64,000 nucleotides of DNA from Lepidodermella squamata. Its lineage: Eukaryota > Animalia > Gastrotricha. The notes under the pieces are model-generated. The model saw only the letters and a list, made by a program, of their open reading frames with translations. It made no database searches and was not told where the DNA came from. Of the stretch, positions 26,119-54,791 are shown in pieces. Every line of letters begins with the position of its first letter. The first letter of the stretch is position 1. Where the stretch lies: contig JBLDXI010000048.1 in NCBI GenBank assembly GCA_047495785.1, positions 806,001-870,000 on the forward strand, given 5' to 3'. The translations under genes were made by a program, and so were the position numbers.

Positions 26119-29100
26119 TTAGAAAGTAGACTGTAAAATTTCGTCCTCAGGGAAATCCATTGCCCCTTCAGACTGTTTCTTTGAAGCAGCACCAGACAAA
26201 GGTCTGAATGGATTTGCCACCAAGCCATGAGAGGTTTCTCCAGTGATTCCAGCTGCTGTTAGTTGTAGTTGCTCCTTCTTGGCCTGGACTTCCTGGAGAT
26301 GCAACTCCGCGGCTCGTTTCACCCGAATTCGCATTCTCAGATCATGCAGCTGCCTCACTCGATTGAAATCGCGAAGTCTTTTGAAACAATGGTTAAGATT
26401 ATGCCGTAGCCTCGCTAAGTCTCTAGTTAGGGTCATGTAATCCAGGCAAACCACGATTCCGAAGAAGAACCCGCAGATGGCTAAGACAGTCGAAGCAGTC
26501 GCAACAGCAGTATCAGACTCATATACAGCCTGTTTGACAGCTTTCGGGGCAGTTAGCAAGGCGCTTTGAGTGCATTTCAAAGGTTGTTTGTCCCATGTCG
26601 CGTTTTCATTACATCGCCAATAGGCAAATGTGGACGACTGGTTTTTGCTTGGCTCGAAGCCTTGATTCCAATCACATTCGAAAGCTACAACGTCATTGTG
26701 TACAACTGTTTGAATCTCAGAGGATGAGTTTAGAATGCGGTAGTTTGAGATCTCAAATGTAGCTGGCATCTCACAACTCACAACTGAAACATCTAAAATT
26801 CGAAATAGCCCGGAAATAATGAAACCTCCTTACGTAAACAAGCCAATGTGTTAGTTGACCAAAAACCGGAATCGAGGCATGTATTCGTGACTGAGCTTAA
26901 CGGGGTACTCTCAGTTCCAGGCTCTATGTAAAGACTATAAGCCCCAGGTGAGCATTTGGTAGTCACTTGATCGCCGTAGTAATAAGTTCCGCTTTTTTCC
27001 CCAGAGATATAAGCATGGTCTTCCAGCAACGGCTTGGAGCAAGTCACAACTAAAAAAGGAGAAATCCTTGAACGGTAATCCTTGATAACACTTATTTCAG
27101 ATCTTACTCGAGCATGCAGGGACATCAGGAGGAGTCCAAGTGCCACCAGTTTGACATGTCTTGAGGAATGAGTCCAAACTACTGACAGGTTTAAAGCCCC
27201 TCAGGCAGGAATATGAAGCAACGCCCCCTGTTTGATTAGCCGATATGTTGTAGTAAGCATTGATGCCATCGACCACAGATTTACACGGCGGCACTGAATA
27301 AGTGATATTACATTGAGGGCGGAACTTGTGGATACTGGTAACTCACAGGCACAAGAAGGTTTGCCATCGACCCAAGACCAACCAGAGGACCCAGTGAATG
27401 TGCAGACAGCGTCGCCGGTTTTCGAACCTGTCATGTTGTAAATGGAATCGCAGACGTAGCGTACCTTATCGCCCCTCTGGTAATATTGGTTCGATGTAAA
27501 ATTTGTAACAGTTGCACCGGAAATGGACGGTGGATCGGGACACGCAGCTGCTAAACAAGTCGGCTTGTATTGATTGATTTGGAACCAGTTTCCAGTAGTC
27601 GGATTGACGGTAAAAGGATCGCAGACATGCATAGCCGTATTAGCCGGATTGGCCATGGTATAGCCACTTTGACATCTCATTAGGGCGGATTGCATGTAGC
27701 CTGCCATACCTTTGAATGAAGCGAGTGGCGGTTCTGATAAGACCCATTCAGCATTGGGCGGCAGAGTGATTCCCAGAGGTACACTCGAACAATTGTTCAA
27801 AGGGTCTTAAGAAGTAGAAAAATATACTTGCATTTCAATACTTGAGTAGCTTGGTTTACTCAATCGTCTGTTGCACGTGTAGGAGCAGTTAGCCTGGGCA
27901 GCTCCAGTTATATCAGTCTCACATGCTCCTGAAGAGGCCCAATCTCCACACGTGCAATTCAAATCGTAGGGTAGAGTAGGATCTATGTCACATTCACATG
28001 TAGCGTAGACGGTGCAACTCTGCTGGCACAATGGCCACATAAAACCAGGATTCGAAAGGCACTGTCCTTTTGCCTTCCAAACTGAACACATTGATCCAAT
28101 GTCTTTCTTAACTTTCTTGCATAAACTCGTAACCATTTTCTTAAGATTATTAATATTGATGTTCCAATAGTTACACGATTTTTTGAAATTTACCGAAGCA
28201 TCTGTGCAGGTGTTGGGACCGGTGCAAATATAGCCAGTTTGGCATTCAGGGGCACATTTAACTTAAAATGTAGAACTATAGTCTCGTACAAAAAATTACG
28301 AAGAATACTCACAGCTCTCGCAAATATCCCCGTCATACGATTGAGGACACGTGCATTTCCCAGGCATGCTACAAACACCTCCATTAAGGCATTGAGGATC
28401 GCACACCGCTTAAAATGAACGCATATAGAGATGATTCATTTGACGCTGAGCAACCCTTACGCGTATCGCATGTATCACCAGTGTACGTTGAAGGGCACTG
28501 GCAAACTCCCACTTTACAAGTTCCACCATTTTGGCAGGGAGGGTTGCAAGGTTCTGGAAAAGACGGCTATCAGAATGAATCTTATTCCCATAAATCATAC
28601 TGTCTTCGCAAGTTGATCCAAACCACGGCGAAATGCATGAGCAGAAATTAGGCGAGAGGCACTGCCCACCGTTTTTGCAGGACGGATCGCAGACAGCTAA
28701 ATTTATAAGTATAATTTTATCGGTAGTTTAAGGAGTGTTTCAATCAACCTTTCTCGCAATAACTGCCGTTGTAAGAAGATGTGCATGAACACACACCGTT
28801 GTTGCAGGTTCCACTGTTAATGCATGAAGGCATGCAGAGCTCTTGAAAGTAAGGATTGCAGCTAATTACAGGAAAAAGAAAAAAGTGAAGGTTTACTCAA
28901 ATTGCAATTCGGGCCAGTCCATGGCGAAGGGCAGTTGCATGTGTTAGGGGCTGAGCAAAACCCACCATTAAGACAACTCGGATCACAAACCGCTATAACG
29001 TATCAAATTCTTCAAAAATAAGGAACATATACACTTCAGGGCTTACGATTTTGACAGTAAGATCCGTTGTAGGATGATGTACAGGTACAAACACCATTGC

Positions 29101-32100
29101 TGCAAGTTCCACCGTTAATGCATGAAGGAATGCAGAGCCCTTGAAAGTTAGGATTACCGCGGTTTATTCTAATAAATTACAAAACAGGAGGGCTTACGCA
29201 AATTGCAATTCGTGCCAGTCCATGGCGATACGCAGTTGCATGTGTTCGGGGCTGTGCAGAGCCCTCCATTTAGACAACTCGGGTCACAAACCGCTATATA
29301 AAATATCATATTTCAAAATCTTCAGAACATCTAGACTTCAACGCATACGCGTTTGACAGTAAGACCCGTTATAGGATGATGTACAGATGCAAACTCCGTT
29401 GTTACATGTCCCACCGTTGATACATTCCGGCGTGCAAGTTTCTACATTGTTGTTTGGAACATTTTCAGGAGCGAATGAGTGACTATAAAAAACCCACTCA
29501 GTGAGCAAGTAGGTCCATTCCACCCAGTGGCACAGGAACAGGTGTTAGGGGCCAAACATGTTGCACCGTTTTGGCAGCTGGGGTTGCAAACGGCTAAACA
29601 ATCTCGAAAATGTATCACTAAAGCCGAGAGATCAAAGACCTTACGGGTTTGACAGTAACTTCCGTTGTAAGACGAGGTGCACGAACATACTCCATCGTTA
29701 CATGTCCCTCCATGATCACAGTTGGGCGTGCAAATTTCTTGGCAAATAAAATGAAAATAGCTGGAAAACGGAAATAATCATTTTATCTTACTCGCTGCAC
29801 ACGTCGGCCCAGTCCACCCGGGAGAGCAACTGCAAGTATTAGGGGCGGTACAGGTTCCGTTTACGCAGGGTTGATCGCAGACAGCTTGAAAAATGGTAGA
29901 TTACCTAATCGACCATCGAAATCTGAGTAACTTACGCGTTTGGCAGTAGGTGCCAGTAAAATTAGCTGGGCAAGAGCAAATTTGGCCTACGCCACACACG
30001 CCCCCATTTTGACATTCCGGATTGCAAATCACTGTGTATAAGTTTTCCTTTCAACTTTCAAGTTTGAATCTTAATTTGACCTTCAGCGTACCTTTTGAAC
30101 ACCCGAGACCGCTCCATGGATAGACGCAGGAGCAGTTGCTCGGAGGGGATAAACACGTGCCTCCATTGCCACATAATGGATTACACACCGCTGAATAGGA
30201 AAAGTAGCATAACATTTTATCAACTGATATCTCGTAATTTGGAAAAACTACGTGTTTGGCAATAGTTTCCGGTGTAGTTTCCAATGCAGTTACAGACTCC
30301 TGTGGCATCGCAAGTTCCACCATTGATGCATGACGGAGCGCATGGTTCTGAAAAAGACATTTTGAAAAGTTCAGCCTTTTAAAAGACGTCTTTTCGCGTA
30401 GTACTTGAAGTACACTGGTCTCCAAACCACGGCGAGACACACTGGCATATGTTGTAACCAACACATGTGCCACCGTTCGAGCATTTTGGGTCGCATGAAA
30501 CTTGGAAAAACAACATGTGTTATCTTAATTATAGCAAAGAGCTGCTCACTTTGGAAAATGCCGCAGAGCTTCTTCACAGAAAGCAGCTCTACTTCAGTGA
30601 GACTTGAATTGAATAAAGAAAGGCACGCATGCTTTGCGTAAAGCGATGGCTCGTTATCATTGGGTCTGTGAGAAGTCCTCATAAAAATTAAAAATGAAAT
30701 AGAAAATAACAACCGGATTCCAAGTGTAAGCCAGGCCGTTGTTGCTGGGACGTTGTTAGTGAATTTTGCTATATACCCATCAAAGAAACTATCACAAAAC
30801 ACTCTCCCTGTCCGATTCGGGTGATGATAAGTGAAAGCTACGAATTGCCATCGGTAAGCCATTTCGCAATATGTTGTCCAGCCTCCATCGAAAATAGGAT
30901 TAACCCAGAACAGATTATATCCTCCGTAATGTTGGATATGAAACATGTAATCCCCGTTCGGCATGTTATATCCCGCTATTATTTGCTTCGGGCTCATCTG
31001 CTGAATGTTGACGAATAATGCTATAGTCCAAGAGGCGTTTCCGAAATTGATGTTAGGCGAATTAATCTGAAAGTAGCGATGAGCTGTTCCGGCAGGGCTG
31101 TAGCCAGTTTGAAGTGCAGAATTAGGTATGCCAAATGGACCATCGACAAAATCCATGGCTTCAGTCGAAAACGAGCCATCAATCATGTTTGGAGAGACGT
31201 CTTTTGACCCGGTATCGCTACTCAGCGGCCAATATCCAACAAGACTTGGGAAAGCTAGTAACTTGCTGCTCAGAACAGGTGCTTGATCCACAGCTTTTAT
31301 ATAAAATTTACATAGCCTTGGTTATGATATGATTGCTCGAACGTACGTGTGCCGCATCGATTTCCCGTGAAACCTGCTGAGCAGGCGCACTTGTTAAAGG
31401 CTATACAACTGCCATTTAAACAGCTTGGGACACATTGGACTTGTTTAAGAAAAATTGCTAGGTATTAGAGTTGTTAATGCATCGCGAATGGAACAACCTG
31501 AGAACATTCGGCATGCGTTTTTAACATTGATTAATTGTGTTGCGCCTAACGCTGAAGAGTGGATTGATACACAGGCCATTTTAGCTTTAGCGGTATAAGC
31601 TGCATTCAACCTTTATTAGCAAAATAAATTGGAGTGTTTCGGCTGCAATCATTTCTTACCGTTGCCCGATAAACATTCTTGAGCTAGTGCGCGGAACTTC
31701 AGTGATATTCTTCGGTGTTCCAAATGTATTGTTACAGAATAAGCTGATTGTCCTCGTCGGATGGCTATAGGTCCACGCAACGAAATTCCACGTGTTGACC
31801 ATAGTGCAAGGTATATTGAAGCCCTGGTTGAAGTAGCCATCATTCCACCACAGCTTATTGGCGCCATCATACTGCCAAAAATGCGATCCTACGTTTCCAT
31901 CCGGCATGGTCCATTCGAAAAAAGGGTTCCATGATCCGTCGATCGATTGCACATGCGCGCTTATCGACCACGACTGATTGTCCAACTGGATGCGCATGTC
32001 GTTGAATTCAACATATGAGTTGGGATTTTGGCCATTTGGAAATAGCATTGCGCCATACGGCAGATCGAAAGGGCCCAATGTGTATGCAGGCTCTTTAGAA

Positions 32101-35100
32101 GTCCAGCCGTTGAGCTTTGTGGCTGGCCTAGCATCCATAGCCCCGTAGTCGGAATTTAGCGGCCAGTAGCCAACAAGATTCGGCAAAGTAGACAGGTACG
32201 TTTGAATGGAGGTTTCACTTGCAACAGCTAGAGAATAAGATCTAGAACGCAGCTTTTAAACATCGGAGATTTACTCACAGGTAGCGCATGTTGCACCCGT
32301 CCAGCCAGCATCGCATTTGCAAATATTGTACCCAATGCAAGTTCCGCCGTTGTAGCAAGGTGGTACGCATTGAACTGTAACCACAAACATTCATTGTGGC
32401 AAAGTTTTTATCAATTAACAAGCACCTGTGAAGCCACGGCACATGTCTTTGACCTTGATCAGCTCATCCAAGGACAATGCCCTAGAATGTATAGACGCAC
32501 AAGCCATTGATCCAACACTGTAGTAGCCATTAGCCCAACTTTCACCGAGGTAAAGTCGATCCGACAATACAGGCACGTTTGTCGTAGGCAAAACAGTCTT
32601 CCCTGCGAAAATTTCCTTGCAAAATATGCCCAGAGTTCGCGTAGGTGCGTCATAGGTCATCGCTACGAATTCCCAACGGTTGTTAAGGGATTGATAACAT
32701 CCAGCCGAGTATTCATTAGTTCCATAGAAAGCAAACCAATTCCCACCATCATACCTGAGATAGCTGCCGAACTGGTTAGAATATTGAGCGGGATAGTTCG
32801 GCTTCACCCATTCAAATAGCCTCGCAATACCCGTCATTTTCATCCAGCAAGCAATTGTGAAAGACCCTGAGCCGAGGTTTACCTTGGGGGTGTCCAAATA
32901 CAGAGATTGCCGTGGCGCAGGGTCAATATTGAGGTTCACTCCAGTATTAGCTCCATTATAAGGCCCATTCACATATTCGAAATCTCGGGACATTATACCA
33001 TGAACTTCGTTCGGAGATGCGTCCTTATCACCGTACTCATATGTCAACGGCCAATAAGCGACCAGGCCCGATACAGTTGTTAGACTTTGATTTATGAATG
33101 CCTGATTTATTTGGACTGAAAGAGGCGCATTCAAAACTCGTCAAATTCATCGTCGGAGAGAAATACTTACGAGAATCACAGGTTGGTGGCATCCAAGGTG
33201 GAACACATTTACAGAGATTCATCCCGACACAAGTTCCACCGTTTGAACACGAACCACAGTTAACTATGTAAGGACAGGTGAGAGTTCGATTGCCTAAAAG
33301 CAGATTATCAACTCACCTGTGAAAAGTTTACAAGTTTTTCGCACTGCAAGCAAATCCCACTTGCCCAACGATCTGTTGTACATTGAAGTGCAAGCTATAC
33401 TGCCAGGAAATGATCCATTGGGAGATATTTGTGACCTGGAAACAACAATTCATTGATCAGCCTAAATATTTAAAAACCTTAATATACCCAAGTCCAAGGC
33501 TGAATGTATTCATGAACGTGGGATTAGCAGGGAGTGTCACTGATGCCGTAGTGAAGTAATCATCGCAGAACCACCGCAAAAGTTTTGTTGTGCTGTCGTA
33601 AGTGAGAGCGATGAATTTCCAGGTAAACGCAACGTTGCAAGTCATCATAAGAGTGTTATTAGCCATACCGCTCGCCATCGTATTCACCTGAACCTGGTTC
33701 CCTCCAAGAACTGATAGCTGGATAGAATTAAAGCCGTTTGGAAAGTATTCGAGAATGGGCCTGTCCGTTCCAGTTTGGTAGATGTACATAGCAACGGTGA
33801 ATGAGCTGGTGCCAAAATTAATTTTCGGCGAGAAAATTCGAAGGTAATGGGTTGTATTCATTGTCACAGCTGAGGCAGCCATTGTTTTAAAAGGTCCAGT
33901 TGTATAAAGAATGCAAGCGACTGGTGTACCGTGAATTTGGTTTGGTCCAACATCAAGATGGCCATATTCGATGGTCAATGGCCAGTAAGCAACGGTGCTA
34001 GGCAAGCTCGCTATGGCGTTTTGAACATACTCCTGGTTACTAGAAACTGAATTGAGAGAGCATGTATTTAGTAGTGGTAATTATGAGCTGCTGGTGAGCA
34101 AATTGAGGGCGCTTGTAGAAAATTGTATAAGGTTCAAACCACCAACTAGTAAAACATCAATATTGGGCTCAAAATTATCGATTGTACCCCTCCCCCTTCC
34201 TGGGCGCTGGACCGAGTCGGACCACTGGGCATTTCTCATTATTTTTTGATACTATTGAAGTAATTAATTAGCCATAACAAACGTACAAGTTATTGGCCAT
34301 TTCAAACTTAACAATTTCAAGTTCGAATATTCAGTGAACAAACTTTGATTGCGAGACTAAATCGATTAAGTGCTAATGCTGAAGCATAAAACTCTGACAA
34401 TTGTCCGAGCATGAGTTTTTCTTTTGAGAAAAGCAAATGTTTTAAACGATTTCCTTTTATCGATTCGGCAACTCCTCCATTTATTTAACGTAGACATTTT
34501 AACACCAGTGTGAGCTGTATGGCCAGTTCAGTTTATGACTCAGTGCGAAGTAGGTACCATGGTCTCAGTTCGCAGTTATTGATTATAGTGGGACAGCGCG
34601 TGTAACACTACCTGATCTTGGCCGAATATCTTAGGAAATCTTGGCCAATGCCAATTAGCTCTGGTACGGCGCTAAGGTTTTAAGGGCGAAGTGGGTTATT
34701 GACAGTGCAATTACAGAAAACACTATCAGATGGAGTAAAAAAGAGGATAATATAAGCTTACCCAGCGAGCATTGAGGCCCTGCGAAGCCGGCTGAGCATT
34801 GACAGACGTTGCTCGCAACACAAGTTCCGCCATTCGAGCAAGATGGAGAGCAAGACGCTTCAAACGTATGAAAATATCATAATGAGAGTTGCATCTTGGG
34901 ACAAACTTACGGACAAATCTTTGGCATAACGATTTCACCGTCAGAAGCTGCGTAGTGTTCAAAGCAGCTGTATACACAGCCGCACAAGCAAAATCAGCCT
35001 CAGCCAAATCAGCTGTCCCAATCCTATTCAATTATCATTTGCATTTCAAAGTATAATCGCGACTTCGGTCGTCCTACCTCGTGCCTATATACAACAAATC

Positions 35101-35712
35101 ACTGACATCAGGCATACTTGTAATGGAAAAAGGAGATGTCATGGTTGAATCACAGAACATGGTCGTTTTCATGGTAGCCTTATCAAAAGTCAACGCAACA
35201 AACTGCCAGCCGCTATTCAACGCGCAGGACATGTTGTAGATACTGGTGTCTGAAGTGAGACCTCTGAGGGTGTTCGCCGATGGGTTCTGCCACAAATAGA
35301 CCCCATAAGTACCACTTGAAGGCTTATACTGGAAAAATGGCATAATTTTCGTCTGCCGTAGGCGAAGCCATGTTGCCAAAGTCCAAGACGTATTCATATT
35401 GACTTGCGACGAATTTATCAAAATGTACCGATTGCCCTGAGTTGTGGCGCCCGTGTAGTACGAAGTTCCAGAGCCGCCGAATGGATGGCTGGCTGAGTAC
35501 TGAGCTGGTACAACTGAGCTGATTCCATTAATTTTATACGTCAATTTGACATCGTTCGCTTCGTAGTAAGAGCTCATCGGCCAAAACGCGAGCAAATTCG
35601 GCACAGCGGTTCTGGTGATGTATTCAATGTAATTAGCGTCGAAATCAAGGCCACATTGACCGAAATCCAGCGAAGTTAAAAATAAGAAGTTGACAACCCT
35701 GAAATTTAACAT
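26119..35712 (-). CDS. Receptor copy A: signal peptide, 5x LamG/ConA-like (YWPL-type) domains separated by EGF, 15-EGF array, 2 ShK, 5 Sushi/CCP, TM, cytoplasmic tail
   Basis: LamG-like ORFs at 35074, 33457, 32415, 31656 and 30371 (YWPL…FTIACW…WQFVAxTYD). ~96-nt phase-1 EGF exons between 28312 and 30500. ShK-like [30 protein letters not shown]. Sushi exons, then [18 protein letters not shown]. Confidence 0.88.
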
Positions 35713-37099
35713 GGTTTTTTTCTGGCGGAATATCGGATTGGACATATGTTTTTCGCCAGTGCAAGCTGGCGTTTCTTACAGACACGATGAATTATTCAAA
35801 TACATATTGTCAAAGTTCTGGTAACACAGGTAACTTTGCCTAGGCGTTTTGTCGATAATCAATAACAACTGAATTCGAAGACACGGGAGAACACAAAACT
35901 CGCAGAAAAGCAGTAAATGTTCCCAGCAACAGAATGGTCTCCTTCACCTTCTGCCTAGTTTTACAGTTTTACACGAGCTAGAGGTGTGCTACGGAGCTGA
36001 ATAATATGCACGATCAGCCAAGCTCTTGAGCTTCACATTTCCTTCACGTAATTGGCTTTTCGATATTCTATTCAGATTTCATCAGGTTGTGTATTTGGCA
36101 TCGAGAATCTGGAAACCTAATAAAGCATTGGTCTCTATATTTCCTAGGATAGAGCCCCAACTATTTTGTCCACGCCCAATAAATGTCTACGTTTTATAAA
36201 TGAAGCAGTTTCCCAATCGATAAAAGGTAACTGTTGTGTCCCGAAATCAAGTATTTTTTCCTATATTTTTACGACGGACTGTCCTGACCTAGCGCAAAAT
36301 GGCCGATAATGCTAGTTTGCCACGTGGTCAATACCATGTGCCGTTTACAATCGGTATCATCTTCAGTATACACATCATTGGTTGTTATGAAGTTGCATTT
36401 GAACAATTATAATCATATTCTCTGTATTATACAGGGGATTCTGTTCTGAAGTAAAATTCGGGTGATTTACACCGTCTTGATTGAATATTGAATACAACAG
36501 AAATAATAGTTTCAAAAATATTTCCATTTCTCTACGATGAAGCTAATGCTCGGACAATTGTCCTAGTTTTATTAGTACTTCGATATTGTTCTGTCAATTG
36601 GATTTTTTTGAATACATGGAAATAATCAATATATAGGTTTATTATGGTTAATTAATTCCTCATCTTGTTGTCGTCATGATGCTGTCAATTTGTTGAGAAA
36701 TGCTTACTTTTAAATTTCCTATATACAAATAGCTAGTGTTTGCTGGTTGAGGCTTTTTGGGAATCTATAGGGAGACCTATGGAGACCCATGGAGTCCTCA
36801 ATTACATCACCAGTAACTCATAAATATCACTGAACCAGGGATACTTCGTTTTCAGTTACTAGCAGCCCGGATTATGCTGAAAACGCTATATGCCGTAGCG
36901 AGCTTAGCGACAAGCGAATATGAAATATGGCATGCTTGATGTTGAACCAAGAAACCGAATTCACGGTACACCATACACCAGACGCATGCATTTCGCCACT
37001 ACTGGACCAAAATAGACCTGTTTGGAAAAAGCGATTCCATTGGATATCGATGATTTTGCGCTAAAAGGAGCAAACGAGAGTAAAAATTCGATATAGAGC

Positions 37100-37754
37100 C
37101 GATCTCTACCGTAGTTCTACCGTAGTTCTTACCGTAGCTTTACCGTAGTGAGTACGGTAAAGCTAGAGTACGGTACCGTAGTGGGAAAATGAAAAAAGGA
37201 TGGTTGGTGATGAGCTTTGAACCCTCAATCCTTAATCACCATCTCTTACGAAGACTGGCACTCTTTCCACTTAGCCATTGGCTGTCATATAATATTGGTC
37301 ATTTTTTGCGCTTATGTATGAATTTTTTGGGTTGTTAACTTTTGTTACTTTGGCTAAGTTTGCAGCATTGGCAACTTGGTAACATTGGTAACATTGGTAA
37401 CTATTGTTGCGCAATCAATAACTGCCACATGTTGCAGCTAGTAAAACGCTAGTTTTTCGAAAAAGCTATCAAGCACAATTTTGGAAACGCTAGTTTTTCG
37501 AAAGTGTCCCATGAGTGGTTTTCACGCGTTAGTTTTTTGAAAGTTAGCTTTTAGAATGTTAGTTTCCAAACAAGACAGTTTTTCGAAAATTAAATTTCTA
37601 GTTCTCAAGAGAAGTAAGTTTTCATCGGAAAACTACGGTACCGTAGTGCTTTACCCTTTACCGTAGTGCTTTACCCTTTACCGTAGTTCTACCGTAGTTC
37701 TACCGTAGTTCTACCGTAGTGCTACGTGCTACAGCAGAACTACGGTAGAGATCG
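37100..37754. mobile_element. Non-autonomous element with 19-bp TIRs, TACCGTAG subterminal repeats and an internal tRNA-like segment
   Basis: CGATCTCTACCGTAGTTCT (37100-37118) is perfectly inverted at 37736-37754. Arrays of (CT)TACCGTAG lie at both ends. Confidence 0.75.
37200..37286 (-). other. tRNA-derived (SINE-head-like) segment with Pol III A and B boxes
   Basis: The minus strand reads TGGCTAAGTGG (A box) … GGTTCAAAGC (B-box-like). The cloverleaf is incomplete, so this is not a functional tRNA. Confidence 0.45.
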
Positions 37755-37790
37755 TATATAGTCCTGCGTACTATAAATAGTACCACGGAC

Positions 37791-37943
37791 CACGGGCCGG
37801 ATTAACCCTCCGGCGGCCCCCAGGCTCTTGACGTTTGGCGGCTGGCGGCCCCATTGTTTTGTAAATTTCTGAAAAAAGAAGAAAGACGATAAAATTTTAA
37901 TTTTTAATTTTTAGAACACTCTAAATGCGTTAATCCGGCCCTG
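37791..37943. mobile_element. 153-bp hAT-like MITE
   Basis: CA(C)GGGCCGGATTAAC at the left end and GTTAATCCGGCCCTG at the right. Flanks CCACGGAC and CCAGGGAC (8-bp TSD, 1 mismatch). Confidence 0.7.
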
Positions 37944-38049
37944 CCAGGGACACGCGATATTGTACAATATACGGGTGTATACCATAGGTGGACATCATAA
38001 TACCCACCGATATCACCCGTGTATAGGTGTTATCTGCCACCAAAAATCG

Positions 38050-38297
38050 TCAAATCCAAGTTTGTTCACACAATTACGCGACCCATCGCTTGGGCCCTAT
38101 GCATTAAAGAAATGTCTGTCGATGCTACCTTCCTGATTTACTCAGAAGCTTCTGCTAAGGAAACGCGTCAGATCATGCGGAAGCGGCGCATCGGCTTTTT
38201 CTTCAGACTCTTTTTCTTCATCGATAGATACTTTGCGGTCTTGCACTTCATGACTATGATCATACCTGTATTATGTTTGTACGCCTTCTCAGTCTAA
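38050..38297 (+). pseudogene. Duplicated fragment of the last exon (M3-M4 loop and M4) of the Cys-loop channel gene
   Basis: FVHTITRPIAWALCIKEMSVDATFLIYSEASAKETRQIMRKR versus FVLTITRPIARALCIKEMAVDASFLMYSEAASKETRQKMRKR at ~25420. No upstream exons are present. Confidence 0.85.
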
Positions 38298-38597
38298 AAT
38301 CGTTGAACAGGAAATTTTCAGACATTATTTGATTGATGTCGATAGGGGAATTTATTACTAAATTGTCATAGCCAGGCGTTTACAGGCATGTGCGAAATAA
38401 AAAAAACAAAAACACATTTGGCCCCAAGTCGGTTAATTCTGTGAAAATTCGCACATTGAATATTCGTCAGTTGTAAATTTGTCAGATAAACTAGGAAGAA
38501 TAAATAGGAATAGGAATAAATAGGAAGGAACTAGGAAATCGAGAAAAATACAGCCCCGAAACCGCTTCTTGAGTTCTCAACTTCCTCAGAGTTAGGA

Positions 38598-53795
<15,198 letters not shown>

Positions 53796-54791
53796 GATTC
53801 TTGAGCGGATGGACGAATTGAATATTGGGTTTTTTTCACTGCGGCCAATGCCAAAAGCAGTCTGGCGTTAATCGCAGACGTTCTGAATTATTCATTGACT
53901 CCGCCCTTGTTTCTTTGTGCATAGATTGACAGTGAGTGACTGTGCACCTTGCTAAGGCGGCGGGTCGATAATCAATTCAGGACGATTTCTGAAACGTGAA
54001 TCCTTAATTTTCTACAAGATCTAGCACTTCATAATCGTAAATTCGCAAGATAAATAGTCGCATTGTCCTAACGCGGCACACGTTACTGGATGCTGCACGG
54101 CATGTGCTGTGACTTTTGTGAAATCACAATCAGCAGAATAACAAAAATTGTTCACAACCTATACAGCTACACCACCTATACATTAACCAAAGCTTCTGAC
54201 TATGCATAAGTCCTAAATCGCCAGATTTCTTGTCAAAAAGGTGAACAGCTTAAATGCAATTGTAATTGTTAAGCTTCATTCTGCTTTCATTGAGCGGCAT
54301 TCTAGAATAATTTGCTAATAATGGATGGGGTAAATTGGGAAAATTTGAATTTGTCAATTAAGATGATTAACGCTGAAACGGGACTCATTATTTTCATTGC
54401 GATGCGCATCCTATGTGATTACGGTGTCATTTCGAAGCTAATAGGAGACTCCTAAGGCTCATGACAACACTGACTTTATTTCTCGACTGCGCCAAATCTT
54501 CGGAAACGAATAACCTATCCCCGCATAAATATGTTGAGGGGAAAATGCTTTCTACCATCATTTCTGCGGTATAAATCAGACTAGCTGCAACTCTTGAATA
54601 GATAAGATTATCAAGATTTAAGCCATTGTAGTAAATATTAAATATTTAGCATAAGTATTCATGTTATATATTCCGTATTGCATGCTGTTTTTATTATTCT
54701 GCATAATAGGAAAGCGTGGCGGCATGACTAATTGTTGAATCTCGGCAACTATGATTTCATATTTCTTTCAATTGGCATCTCAGTGAGAAGT

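Noticed and set aside
37200-37286. Functional tRNA gene
   Set aside because: A- and B-box-like motifs are present, but the acceptor and anticodon stems do not pair properly.
37100-37754. TACCGTAG repeats as a CRISPR-like array
   Set aside because: The units are 8-11 bp with no unique spacers and no cas genes, in a eukaryotic context. They are better explained as subterminal transposon repeats.
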